Source: Thermoplasmatota archaeon (GTDB taxonomy: Archaea > Thermoplasmatota > E2 > DHVEG-1). Taken from it: DNA of 36,038 bases. Shown one piece after another: positions 1-13,642 of the stretch. A program made the position numbers and the translations under genes. Under the pieces are notes generated by a model. The model was not told the DNA's origin. It did no database searches and saw nothing but the letters and a program-made list of their open reading frames with translations. The DNA is taken from NCBI GenBank assembly GCA_030612095.1, contig JAUWOO010000002.1:1-36038 (forward strand), in the 5' to 3' direction. Position 1 is the first letter of the stretch. Every line of letters starts with the position of its first letter.

Positions 1-2792
<2,792 letters not shown>

Positions 2793-2946
2793 AATTTACG
2801 TCCAGGTTGCGTATGCAATCCATTGCCGTAGCAATGGCAACGATTATCAACAATGATAACTACCTTCTAACAGGCTATCATGTCTACGTTCTTACCAACT
2901 AATTTTTGAGGAGTAGTTAGCGATATTTTTCGATGGAAAATCGTAG

Positions 2947-3018
2947 TGGACCGGATGGGATTTGAACCCATGGCCTCCTGCTTGCAAAGCAGGCGATCTT
3001 CCGCTGATCTACCGGCCC
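2947..3018 (-). tRNA. tRNA-Ala (anticodon UGC) in the 16S-23S spacer
   Basis: rc = GGGCCGGTAGATCAGCGGAAGATCGCCTGCTTTGCAAGCAGGAGGCCATGGGTTCAAATCCCATCCGGTCCA. It folds as a clean cloverleaf with 7/4/5/5 bp stems. The anticodon loop is TTTGCAA, the G3:U70 alanine identity pair is present, the T-loop is TTCAAAT, and no CCA is encoded. Confidence 0.95.
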
Positions 3019-3120
3019 AACCTATCTGATAAAATATCAGTCGGTGAGCTGATAGCAGTTAATATATTTTTTGATCGACGTATGTTTTTAGTGTTTGGTC
3101 CACCCGGTTTTAATTTCGTA

Positions 3121-4588
<1,468 letters not shown>

Positions 4589-4839
4589 TGGCACACTATT
4601 ATTTATATTAATTTTGAATTGGTGGGTGAACCAAAATTCACCAACACACGTCGATCGTCAGATTCAAGAGTGCGCAAAATCCCCCAAAGGGCATCTTGTT
4701 TTTCTTGAACCTCCACATACACTAGCTGTAACCCAAAACTGAAGCAATCCATTCACAGATGTGAGCGATACCTCACCCTCATGGATCGACCGGAAAGGTC
4801 TGGGTCATATACTCGGATTTAAAACGTATATGATAACCC

Positions 4840-4847
4840 TATATAAA
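4840..4847 (-). promoter_or_regulatory. Candidate TATA box of the rRNA operon promoter
   Basis: The minus strand reads CCTTTATATAGGG, i.e. the archaeal TATA consensus TTTATATA, about 250 nt upstream of the 16S 5' end. A second TATA-like TTTTAAAT lies ~20 nt downstream. No transcript data, so this rests on position and consensus only. Confidence 0.35.
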
Positions 4848-5166
4848 GGTTACATAGGAAATTTTTGTCGCTGTCACCCAACAACCACAAAAGATAGTAG
4901 GTGCCGGGCGTAATTACATAACCACCCTGTAATACAGCAGAGGGGAAGAAATGCAACTAATATCGCGACATATATTCGATACCATGGTTGTCCTCTTTTT
5001 CATTTCTTGACATTACGTCTGTTCGATCAGAGAGGGACCCTATATTGGCATCAATCTGTCGCCTTGACCTTGCCTCTCCAATCATCATAATCAAGGAGAT
5101 CTTCGTATCAAGGCAACATAAAGCATCTAAAACGTTACTAATATTGATTTTGGTGAAAATGAGTAC

Positions 5167-5994
5167 TTACTGCCTATATTTGTTCATCTCATTTCTCAGA
5201 GACAATGCAGTATTCCTAGATGAATCGGCAAAATTTTCATCATTTCCAGCAAAAATTATCCCACGAGAGGAGTTTATAATTGCCATTTCTCCCTTTTTAT
5301 TTGTCCCACAGCTTATGGTTTTTTCAACATCCCCGCCTTGTTTACCTATACCAGGTATTAACAAAGGGATATCCTCGCCTAAAATATCGCGTATCGTCCT
5401 TAACTCGTCAGGATATGTGGCACCTACAACTGCCCCACAGTTACCATAACTGTTCCATTCCTTTATTTTACTGGCAACCATCTGATATATGGGGGTTTTT
5501 GAAACCATAATATCCTGAAAATCAACAGCCGAAGGATTAGACGTCCTACAAAGAATGAAACTGCATTTATCTTTATATTCTAGAAATGGCGTAATTCCAT
5601 CTTTTCCCAGATATGGATTTACGGTTGTTGCATCAGCTCCAAACGCCTCAAATATCGACCTAGCATATTTACGAGCAGTATTGCCAATATCATTTCGTTT
5701 TCCATCTAGAATTATAACAATGTTTTTTGGTATATATTCAATTGTCTTTTCCAATAATTCATAACCTTCCTTTCCAAAAACTTCATAAAAAGCCATATTT
5801 AATTTGTAGGCACATACAATATCTTTTGTGGCATTTATAATCGATTTGTTAAAGTCAAAAAGAGGTTTCCTACTAGTTTCAAATAAAAACTTTGGCATCT
5901 TTTCCTTGTCAATATCAAGACCGACACACAATAGACTATTATTTTCACAAACAATATTGTGCAATTTTTCTCTGAAATCCATATAATTTCCCAA
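5167..5994 (-). CDS. pyrF: Orotidine 5'-phosphate decarboxylase (type 2 PyrF)
   Basis: 275-aa ORF. Motifs LLCVGLD near the N-terminus and ILDGKRNDIGNT (the D-x-K-R-x-D-I-G-x-T lysine/aspartate active-site motif). Length is typical of type-2 OMP decarboxylases. Confidence 0.88.
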   Translation of the reverse strand: MGNYMDFREKLHNIVCENNSLLCVGLDIDKEKMPKFLFETSRKPLFDFNKSIINATKDIVCAYKLNMAFYEVFGKEGYELLEKTIEYIPKNIVIILDGKRNDIGNTARKYARSIFEAFGADATTVNPYLGKDGITPFLEYKDKCSFILCRTSNPSAVDFQDIMVSKTPIYQMVASKIKEWNSYGNCGAVVGATYPDELRTIRDILGEDIPLLIPGIGKQGGDVEKTISCGTNKKGEMAIINSSRGIIFAGNDENFADSSRNTALSLRNEMNKYRQ

Positions 5995-6085
5995 TTGTCG
6001 TTAATGTAACTTCGCATATAAAAAGATAGATAAAAGATGATTTTCTAGTTAGATATTTAATGACAGACAGAATACAGCATTTTAG

Positions 6086-7174
6086 ATGAAAGTAATCTAT
6101 GGCGTATGCTCCTGGGGACTTGGACATGCAACAAGATCTCTACCAGTAATACGGAAGTTAATAGATGAGGACAATAAGGTAACAATCATAGCCAACGGTA
6201 GATCTCTAGAATTACTGAAAAAGGAGCTTGGAGAAGATATAGAATATATAGATATACCAGACTACCCAATGCTGCTATCAGAAAACTCACGACAGTTCAT
6301 GGCAAAAAGCGTGATTTATTGGCCATTATTCATAAGAAAAATGCAATCTGGTCTTAGCACACTGACAAAAATGCTAGAAACAAAAGAATGTGACGTTATA
6401 GTATCTGATGCACGATATGACATCTACAGTAAAAAAATCCCCTCATTTTTCATCTCACACCAGATGAGAATAATGAATCCACTTCGCATAAAAATGCTAG
6501 AAACGGGCAGTGAAATATTTAATTTATTTTTCTTTAAACGATTCCGTGGAGTAATAGTACCAGATTATAAAGAAGATAATTTATCTGGAGATCTCTCACA
6601 TAATCTCAAAAAAATTGATGAGGAAAAAATACACTATGTTGGTGTTCTCTCAGATTTTAAAAAGAAACGCACGAAAAAGGACATTGATTATCTAATATCC
6701 ATTTCAGGACCAGAACCACAGAGAACAATGCTTGAAAAAAAACTCTTATCGCAGGTAGATCAACTGGATGGAAACGTTGTCATAACTTTGGGTAAAGCAG
6801 AAAAAAAAGATAATTTGAATAGAAAAAACATCGAAACATATTCATTTTTAACAAAGGAAAAACGAGAGGACTTTTTGAACAGGTCAAAGCTTGTTATCTC
6901 ACGTAGTGGTTATTCTACAATACTAGATTTAACGGTAATAGGTGCAAAAGCATTAATGACTCCCACACCTGGACAGATAGAACAGGAGTATCTGTCACAA
7001 TATCATAACAAAAAAGGCACATTTTATTCGGTAAATCAAAGCGATATATATCTTAAAGAGGACGTAGAGATTGCGAAAAAAACAACAGGAATTAAGAGAA
7101 AGTGTGATGTCAAAAAAACTGTTGAAAATATTATAAACGTAATCTCTTCAACTGAAAAAAGTCCATTTAAATAG
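6086..7174 (+). CDS. GT-B glycosyltransferase, MurG/GT28-like (MJ1255-type family)
   Basis: 362 aa. N-terminal GVCSWGLGHATRS glycine loop as in MurG/GT1 enzymes. C-terminal SRSGYSTILD...TPGQIEQE nucleotide-sugar binding half. No TM segments. Confidence 0.75.
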   Translation: MKVIYGVCSWGLGHATRSLPVIRKLIDEDNKVTIIANGRSLELLKKELGEDIEYIDIPDYPMLLSENSRQFMAKSVIYWPLFIRKMQSGLSTLTKMLETKECDVIVSDARYDIYSKKIPSFFISHQMRIMNPLRIKMLETGSEIFNLFFFKRFRGVIVPDYKEDNLSGDLSHNLKKIDEEKIHYVGVLSDFKKKRTKKDIDYLISISGPEPQRTMLEKKLLSQVDQLDGNVVITLGKAEKKDNLNRKNIETYSFLTKEKREDFLNRSKLVISRSGYSTILDLTVIGAKALMTPTPGQIEQEYLSQYHNKKGTFYSVNQSDIYLKEDVEIAKKTTGIKRKCDVKKTVENIINVISSTEKSPFK

Positions 7175-7232
7175 GATTATTTTATTAGGGTGGAGAATAT
7201 ATACAACAAATATACGCTGTGAGAGGAGAAGG

Positions 7233-9083
7233 TTGGAAATCATTTCAAAATTAAGAGAAATCACAAAAAACTGGGTTTTCTGGTTAATTCTGGTTACAGG
7301 TATCGCTATAATTGTAAGATCACTACCTGCCTGGACCAATGCTGCATGGGGATGCGATTTTGGGATATATTACAGCCTTACAAACTCGCTTGTAGAAAGT
7401 GGAGAGTTGTTTAATTCCTATTATGGATGGGGCGGTTCTTATCAATACTTCCCAGTATTGTATGCCATAACTGGTGTTGCTCATTGGGTCACTGGAATAG
7501 ATGTGCTTACTATCATGCCAAAGATTGCTCCCATTTTTGGCGGTCTCTCAATAATGGTTTTTTACTTTATTGTACGTGAATTGACAGGTAACAAAAAAAT
7601 GGCTATACTTTCCAGTCTGCTTCTTGCAGTACTGCCATTTCATGCCTATCAGACAAGCCATGCATCACCTTTGACAATGGGACATTTCTTCATGATGCTT
7701 TCAATATATCTCTTTATAAAATATCGACAGGATTTCAGATACATAATTCCATTATTTATCTCCACGATACTTTTGATAATGTCCCATCATCTGACAACAT
7801 ACTTCTATCTCATTTCTCTAGTGTTTATTGTATTTGTTGAAAATGCAAGCAGAAAAGAATGGGCACCTTCCTTGAAGCTTGATGTTCCGTATATTTTATT
7901 GGCAAGTGGCCTTATATTTTCCTATTGGGCATTTATCGCAACTCCGGTATATGAAAGTTTTATGAACACAGGAATCGCATTAGGATCAATGTCAATAGAA
8001 TCTAACGTTACAATAGCTCTATTTTATATGTTGTTTTTTTCATCGTTTGGAGTCATTTGGTTAAAAAGAAGGTTTAATATATTCTTTGAAAGGGAAGATG
8101 CTACTGTCAACTCTTGCATAGTGAAGTTTTCAATAACATTGATAATAGGTCTAACAGCAATGGGCATTTTTTCAATATTTAAGATGCCGTGGACAAACTT
8201 CAGTTTAACACCTCTTTCGATAATATATTCTATACCTTTACTCCTCATTTTTGGATTTGGAGTTGCGGGTTTTAGACACACCCAATTCATAAAGAACGGT
8301 TTTTTTATCCGCGGATGGCTTATGGCGATACTATTATCATTTACATATGGGCTAGTAACCAATAGTTGGACACTATATCCCCATAGACATCTTGAATATA
8401 TGATGGCGCCCCTAAGTATAATGTCAATATATGGCATAAGAAGCATTTTTTTAAATCTAAATTACGAATCACTGTCAAAAAGGATTAGAAAAATTCCACA
8501 TGCTAGCACACAATTACTCAGCCAGTCTAGAAAAACAAGACTTGTGAAGAAACGTCAACTAGCATATATGTTTGTAGTAATCGTACTTGTCACAACAAAC
8601 GCTGTATCGATTTATCCCTCTCACGTAGCACTAAATGCATCATATGAAGTAATAACTAGTGAAAATCTATCTGTGACAGAATGGATGAAAGAAAACCTGG
8701 ATAAAAATAATAGTGTAACCGCTTCAGATCATCGTCTTGCAAGGATAGTAGAGGCAGTTGGATTTAACACAACACTAGATGAAACGATTATAATATGGGA
8801 TGCTGAAAATCTATCTGACTATATTGACGAGTTGCACGGCATTGGCAAAAACCATAGTAGAATCACACATATAGTAATCGATGACATAATGAGAGAAAGA
8901 GTTGTGCATGTTGGATTTGGAAAAATTGTATACATGACAAATGAATCCTATGACAAATTTCATTCTCAACCTTTTGAACTTGCATACAGAAACGCGACAA
9001 TAGATCAAAACATGGAAGAAATTCATTGGACAGAGCTATATAGCATAAACTGGACATACATTGAAGGGTTATCTTTGACATAA
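7233..9083 (+). CDS. Polytopic GT-C fold glycosyltransferase (PMT_2/ArnT-like) with an extracytoplasmic C-terminal domain
   Basis: 616 aa with a TTG start. More than 10 hydrophobic helices across residues ~15-470, followed by a ~165-aa hydrophilic C-terminal domain. No WWDYG motif, so it is not called AglB. Confidence 0.65.
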   Translation: MEIISKLREITKNWVFWLILVTGIAIIVRSLPAWTNAAWGCDFGIYYSLTNSLVESGELFNSYYGWGGSYQYFPVLYAITGVAHWVTGIDVLTIMPKIAPIFGGLSIMVFYFIVRELTGNKKMAILSSLLLAVLPFHAYQTSHASPLTMGHFFMMLSIYLFIKYRQDFRYIIPLFISTILLIMSHHLTTYFYLISLVFIVFVENASRKEWAPSLKLDVPYILLASGLIFSYWAFIATPVYESFMNTGIALGSMSIESNVTIALFYMLFFSSFGVIWLKRRFNIFFEREDATVNSCIVKFSITLIIGLTAMGIFSIFKMPWTNFSLTPLSIIYSIPLLLIFGFGVAGFRHTQFIKNGFFIRGWLMAILLSFTYGLVTNSWTLYPHRHLEYMMAPLSIMSIYGIRSIFLNLNYESLSKRIRKIPHASTQLLSQSRKTRLVKKRQLAYMFVVIVLVTTNAVSIYPSHVALNASYEVITSENLSVTEWMKENLDKNNSVTASDHRLARIVEAVGFNTTLDETIIIWDAENLSDYIDELHGIGKNHSRITHIVIDDIMRERVVHVGFGKIVYMTNESYDKFHSQPFELAYRNATIDQNMEEIHWTELYSINWTYIEGLSLT

Positions 9084-9101
9084 ATTTAATAGTAAAATGT
9101 T

Positions 9102-10214
9102 TTGATGATCATGAACATAGTGGAGATAACAACATACAAGGAGGGTGGGATATACACCCACGTATCAGAACTTGTAAAAAGAATGAATGCAAACACAGTA
9201 CTTATCAGCGGAAATACAAAAAAATCAGGATATCAGAAAGAAAATGGACAAACGTTTTTTCATATACCTTCCATACTATCAATCTGGGAAATTTATTTCA
9301 TAAATCCGCCGGGATCCTATGAAAAAATAAAAGAATTAATCAATAAACATGAAATCGATCTCGTGCACCTCCATGGACCGCTCTTCACATTTTGCGGCGG
9401 AGTGATGAGAAAAACAAAGTTGCCCTGCATCATGACTACACACTATGTATTGGATTTTAAAGGAAATAAACTAATGGAATCCTTATACCGAGGAGTTATA
9501 AAATGGGTGACAAGATCGGCAGCAAAAAAGGTTGATAAAATTATTTGTGTCAATGAAGACTATATACCAATATATACCAGTTGGGGCATCGATCGAGATA
9601 AAATTGTCTATATCCCTAACGGCATCGATACTGAAAAATTTTCTCCTGGAAACTCAGACATAAAAAAGAAACTGAAATGTAAAAATCTATTAGTTTTCTG
9701 GGGGAGACTTGGATATCAAAAAAACATCCAAATTCTAATCAAAGCGTTCAAAAATATTAATACACCCGACACAAAAATGGTTATAATTGGAAAGGGGCCA
9801 GATATAAAAAAACTGAAAGCTCTTACCAATGGAGACAAAAACATTATTTTCACTGGTTACTTGTCAGATGATGAATTGTTAAATTATGCGCGAGGGGCAG
9901 ATGTGGCAGTTCTCCCATCAAGAGCCGAAAGTTGGGGCCTAGTAATTGGAGAAGCAATGGCCTGTGGATTACCGGTGATCTCCTCCAATGTTGGAAAAGC
10001 AGGAGAGCTTCTTGGAGAAGATAGAGGTTTAATTCTAGAAGGAGACACGGTATCTGAACTATCGGGAAAAATTGATTATTTATTAAACAACAAACAAATA
10101 GCAAAAGAGATGGGTATACGATCGCAGAAATTCATAGTTGAAAATTACGGGTGGGATGAAGTAGCGCAAAAAACAGAAGAATTATGTAAAACAATAATTA
10201 GAGAATGGAAATGA
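9102..10214 (+). CDS. GT4-family glycosyltransferase (paralog 1)
   Basis: 370 aa. C-terminal E-x7-E region PSRAESWGLVIGEAMACGLPVISS, plus FWGRLGYQKN and GKGPD motifs typical of GT4 retaining transferases. Confidence 0.88.
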   Translation: MMIMNIVEITTYKEGGIYTHVSELVKRMNANTVLISGNTKKSGYQKENGQTFFHIPSILSIWEIYFINPPGSYEKIKELINKHEIDLVHLHGPLFTFCGGVMRKTKLPCIMTTHYVLDFKGNKLMESLYRGVIKWVTRSAAKKVDKIICVNEDYIPIYTSWGIDRDKIVYIPNGIDTEKFSPGNSDIKKKLKCKNLLVFWGRLGYQKNIQILIKAFKNINTPDTKMVIIGKGPDIKKLKALTNGDKNIIFTGYLSDDELLNYARGADVAVLPSRAESWGLVIGEAMACGLPVISSNVGKAGELLGEDRGLILEGDTVSELSGKIDYLLNNKQIAKEMGIRSQKFIVENYGWDEVAQKTEELCKTIIREWK

Positions 10215-11398
10215 AATACAGCCCATTAAATCAATATATAGAAAAAAATAAAGAGAATCCTAGCGTTTGCTTTTTTGATATTGTGAATATTGCAGAGATA
10301 ACAACATACAAGGAGGGTGGGGCATATACACACGTAGTAGAGCTGGCAATGAGAATAAACGCAGATGTCCTAATTGTCTGCGGCAATACAAATAAAGTGG
10401 GATATCAAAGAGAGGAAGATTACACATTTTTTCACATACCACTCCTTGCATCAGTTTGGGATATTTTTTTTATAAATAAGATAGGCTCCTACAAAAAATT
10501 TAAAGAATTGCTAAAAAGGGACAAAATAGACCTTGTCCATTTTCACAGCCCACTCTTTACCTTTCCTATAGGATTATTGAGGGAGAAGAATTATCCACTC
10601 ATAATGACAACTCACTATCTTCTCGATGTAAAAGCAAACAAACTTGCTGCATCAATTTACCACGAATTTATAAAGTGGACTACTAAATTTATAGCGAAAA
10701 ACGTCGACAAGATTATCTGCGTTAACGAAGATTACATCCCTGTTTTTTTGAGTTGGGGCATTGATCGAGATAAACTTACTTATATCCCAAATGGCGTAGA
10801 TACAAAGAAATTTTCACCAGGGAAATCAAATGCTAAAATGAAATTTAGAAATGACAAATTGATAGTTTATTTCGGCAGGTTGCACTACCAAAAGAATATA
10901 GATATGCTCATCAGAAGTTTCAAATATATTAAAGACAAAGTCGATGATGTAAAACTAGTTATCATTGGCGACGGGACAGACTTTGATAAACTTAAAAAAA
11001 TGAGTTTGCACGATAAAGACATTATTATGACTGGTTTTTTACCGGATGAAGATTTGATAGATTACCTAAGAGCTGCAGATCTTGTGGTTTTTCCGTCCAG
11101 GGGAGAAAATGCAAGTTTTACACTACTTGAAGCAATGGCATGTGGCATTCCAGTCATATCTTCTGATGTTGGAAATGCAAAAAATCTTCTAGCGGATGGT
11201 AGAGGGGTGCTACTTGAAAAATATACAGAGAAAGAAATAGCCGAAAAATGCATATCTCTGTTGAAGAATAAAGAAAAAGCTGAAAAAATGGGAGGGAAAT
11301 CAAGAACATTCGTACAGCAAAACTACAGTTGGGGGAAAATATCTAAAAAAACAGAGGAATTATACAAAACATTAATCGAGGAGAGAAAAGAAAAATAG
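10205..11398 (+). CDS. GT4-family glycosyltransferase (paralog 2, tandem duplicate)
   Basis: 397 aa and collinear with paralog 1: EITTYKEGGAYTHV, IICVNEDYIP, SWGIDRDK, PSRGENASFTLLEAMACGIPVISS. It overlaps the upstream stop. An alternative start at 10211 would give an ATGA 4-nt overlap. Confidence 0.88.
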   Translation: MEMKYSPLNQYIEKNKENPSVCFFDIVNIAEITTYKEGGAYTHVVELAMRINADVLIVCGNTNKVGYQREEDYTFFHIPLLASVWDIFFINKIGSYKKFKELLKRDKIDLVHFHSPLFTFPIGLLREKNYPLIMTTHYLLDVKANKLAASIYHEFIKWTTKFIAKNVDKIICVNEDYIPVFLSWGIDRDKLTYIPNGVDTKKFSPGKSNAKMKFRNDKLIVYFGRLHYQKNIDMLIRSFKYIKDKVDDVKLVIIGDGTDFDKLKKMSLHDKDIIMTGFLPDEDLIDYLRAADLVVFPSRGENASFTLLEAMACGIPVISSDVGNAKNLLADGRGVLLEKYTEKEIAEKCISLLKNKEKAEKMGGKSRTFVQQNYSWGKISKKTEELYKTLIEERKEK

Positions 11399-11413
11399 TA
11401 ATCTTCTTATGTA

Positions 11414-12373
11414 TCACTTAAAAAGATACGGGCTCAACGAGGAAATAAACGAAGATGGAGAAGTAAATACATCAGTCGCAAAATATTGATACCAACCGCA
11501 GCGTTTTGTACAGTTTTTCATATCTTGTCTTGCCTTCTTTGCCTCATCCGATTTTACGAAATCCATAACTGAGCCCTCAGTGAAATTGTAGAGTCTTTTA
11601 CCAACAGTTCTACATGGATAAAAAAGTCCGCCATCAGAATCAATAATAACTGAAGATGTAGAGCACCCATGCAGCTTGTTAATATTATCCAAAAATCCTT
11701 TTGGTGTCGTAATGGTATTTCTATACTTCTTCTTCAGCCTGATTATTTCCTCCCTGAACTTCCCAGAATCAGGATAATAATCATCTGTTCCTTCTAGATG
11801 ACATGCTGGCATTATCACAGTCCTTGCACCTACTTCATATACTCTTTTAACCTTTTCTTCTATCGCATCCACTGTATCCTTTGTGACAACTATTTGGATG
11901 CATATCTCTGGGCCGTAGCTTTGAAATTCCTCAAGTCGCTCAAAGAACTCAAGATTATCATGCCCTTCATCTATGCTTATGTGAAGATAATCAATGTTTT
12001 TACCATATTCTTCCATAGGTCTCTTGTCAAGCAGATGTCCATTAGTAGTAAAAAATAGGTAAAATGGCTTTTTATAGGCATATTCTAGAATCTCACCTAG
12101 GTCTTTTCTCATTAGAGGGTCACCTCCTTCAAGACTTAGGAGTGTAATACTAGAGTTCCCAAGATTATCCAACACTTTGAAAACATCCTCTTTGGAAAGA
12201 TCTGGTGTTTTTTCCATCCACACATTACAAAAACTACATTTTAGCGTACACTTATGTGTGATTTTAAACGAGGCGTAAAATGGATATATGCTTTCACCTG
12301 CCAAATAATTTGAAAAAGCACAGCCTGCCGTTTTTAGATATTTCCCAAGAGGTAATTTTTCCATAGAAACCAC
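11414..12373 (-). CDS. Radical SAM enzyme, substrate unknown
   Basis: 319 aa. Canonical CTLKCSFCN (CX3CX2C) at residues ~42-49 and a GGDPLM SAM-binding GGE-like motif. Additional C-terminal cysteines: HGCSTS...YPCRT...NCTKRCGWY. Confidence 0.85.
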   Translation of the reverse strand: MVSMEKLPLGKYLKTAGCAFSNYLAGESIYPFYASFKITHKCTLKCSFCNVWMEKTPDLSKEDVFKVLDNLGNSSITLLSLEGGDPLMRKDLGEILEYAYKKPFYLFFTTNGHLLDKRPMEEYGKNIDYLHISIDEGHDNLEFFERLEEFQSYGPEICIQIVVTKDTVDAIEEKVKRVYEVGARTVIMPACHLEGTDDYYPDSGKFREEIIRLKKKYRNTITTPKGFLDNINKLHGCSTSSVIIDSDGGLFYPCRTVGKRLYNFTEGSVMDFVKSDEAKKARQDMKNCTKRCGWYQYFATDVFTSPSSFISSLSPYLFK

Positions 12374-12511
12374 AGATTATTCCTGGACAATATGTTACTA
12401 CAGATAAGGTTTTTTGTTTATTTTACCAAATGCTTTACTCAAGATAGTTGGCCGTACTCCATCGTTGAAATAACCATAAGAGAAATATATCATCCTTGAA
12501 ATAACGGTAAT

Positions 12512-13579
12512 GTGGACAAAGAAGAAAAAAAACCTAAAACAATGAAACTTTCCATCATACTCAGTCTCATATTAAGTATATCAATTATTGTACTAATTTT
12601 GTATTTTACAATTGATGCAGAAACGTTTGAGTATTTATCAACTCACCAGATACGGTACGAATTTTTCTTTGCTGCAATGGGGATCAATGTTATCTACTGG
12701 ACTCTGTGGGGCACCAGACTTAAGATATTGAGCAATGCCATCGATAAAAATGTAAATATAAGTCTATGGGAATCAACAAAAATAGTCATTGCAAATCTAT
12801 TTTTAGCAAATATAACTCCATCAATGGCAGGTGGAGAACCAGTAAGAATCTATCTTTTGAACAAAAACGGTTTGAGTATCGGCGGTGCAACTGCATCAGT
12901 ACTAGGCGAACGATTACTAGATGCAATGTTCCTTCTTCTATGCGTTCCATTCGCCCTTTTTGTTTTTGGAAAGCATATAGATACAGGTCCACTGAGAATT
13001 GGACTGACAATAGCAATAGTCATTTTTATACTGGCAGTAATAGCATTTGCATATGCGCTAAAAAATCCTAAAAAAACAAAATCATTTTTGATTTTTTTAA
13101 GTAAAAAACTTAGTAGATTTTCCAAGAAGAAAGACAGTGAAAATACAATCATAGATAGAATAAACAGCGAAGTAGATAACTTTCATGATAGTATGGTCTT
13201 TTTTCTTTCTGACGGGAAAAAAGCATTTATAAAAGCAGGTATTCTTACTGCCATTTTTTGGATAACAGGCTGGACGATCCCACCACTCATCCTCATGGGT
13301 CTCGGCCTCGAACCTTTTATAATCGAATCATGTGCGATCCAAGTATTGCTCATCATAATTGTTATGATGCCGACAACTCCTGGAAGTGCAGGCATCACAG
13401 AGGGAAGTACTGCAGCCCTTTACAGTGTACTTATAGGTTCCCCTCTAATAGGAGTCTTTGTTCTCTTGTTTAGATTCATAACATACCATATGGGCCTTAT
13501 TGTAGGAGCAATATTCCAATATAGAATATTCAAATCAGTTGCATCATTTTCATTAGACACCATCAAAAAACAAAAATAG
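12512..13579 (+). CDS. Flippase-like / LPG-synthase-TM (UPF0104) family membrane protein
   Basis: 355 aa with a GTG start and ~8 TM helices. ITPSMAGGEPVRIYLL and MPTTPGSAGITEG loops resemble the conserved P-x-GG-x-E/R motifs of this family. A basic cytoplasmic loop (KKLSRFSKKKD) splits two 4-TM halves. Confidence 0.7.
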   Translation: MDKEEKKPKTMKLSIILSLILSISIIVLILYFTIDAETFEYLSTHQIRYEFFFAAMGINVIYWTLWGTRLKILSNAIDKNVNISLWESTKIVIANLFLANITPSMAGGEPVRIYLLNKNGLSIGGATASVLGERLLDAMFLLLCVPFALFVFGKHIDTGPLRIGLTIAIVIFILAVIAFAYALKNPKKTKSFLIFLSKKLSRFSKKKDSENTIIDRINSEVDNFHDSMVFFLSDGKKAFIKAGILTAIFWITGWTIPPLILMGLGLEPFIIESCAIQVLLIIIVMMPTTPGSAGITEGSTAALYSVLIGSPLIGVFVLLFRFITYHMGLIVGAIFQYRIFKSVASFSLDTIKKQK

Positions 13580-13609
13580 CGATTTTTAAGGAGATGGGCG
13601 GCCGTCACA

Positions 13610-13620
13610 TTTTAATAATA
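13610..13620 (+). promoter_or_regulatory. Candidate TATA box for the zinc-finger/EF-1beta transcript
   Basis: TTTTAATAATA is centred ~28 nt upstream of the ATG at 13643. That spacing suggests a leaderless or very short-leader mRNA. Confidence 0.3.
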
Positions 13621-13642
13621 GATATGTTATTCAGCAAATTCT

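Noticed and set aside
4957-5088. 43-codon minus-strand ORF (MMIGEARSRRQIDANIGSL...) between pyrF and the rRNA promoter
   Set aside because: It has no Shine-Dalgarno-like sequence or TATA box at the right distance and no recognisable motif. It is most likely upstream rRNA-promoter or spacer DNA.
4988-5764. Plus-strand ORFs 4988-5449 (153 aa), 5280-5510 and 5555-5764
   Set aside because: They are antisense to the well-supported pyrF gene. Their composition is low-complexity and hydrophobic, typical of the reverse frame of an AT-rich gene, and no RBS is present.
12766-13473. Alternative-frame and antisense ORFs inside the flippase-like gene (12766-13071, 12786-13016, 12850-13152, 13183-13398, 13258-13473)
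   Set aside because: All are nested within a 355-aa ORF with coherent multi-TM architecture. None has its own RBS or motif.
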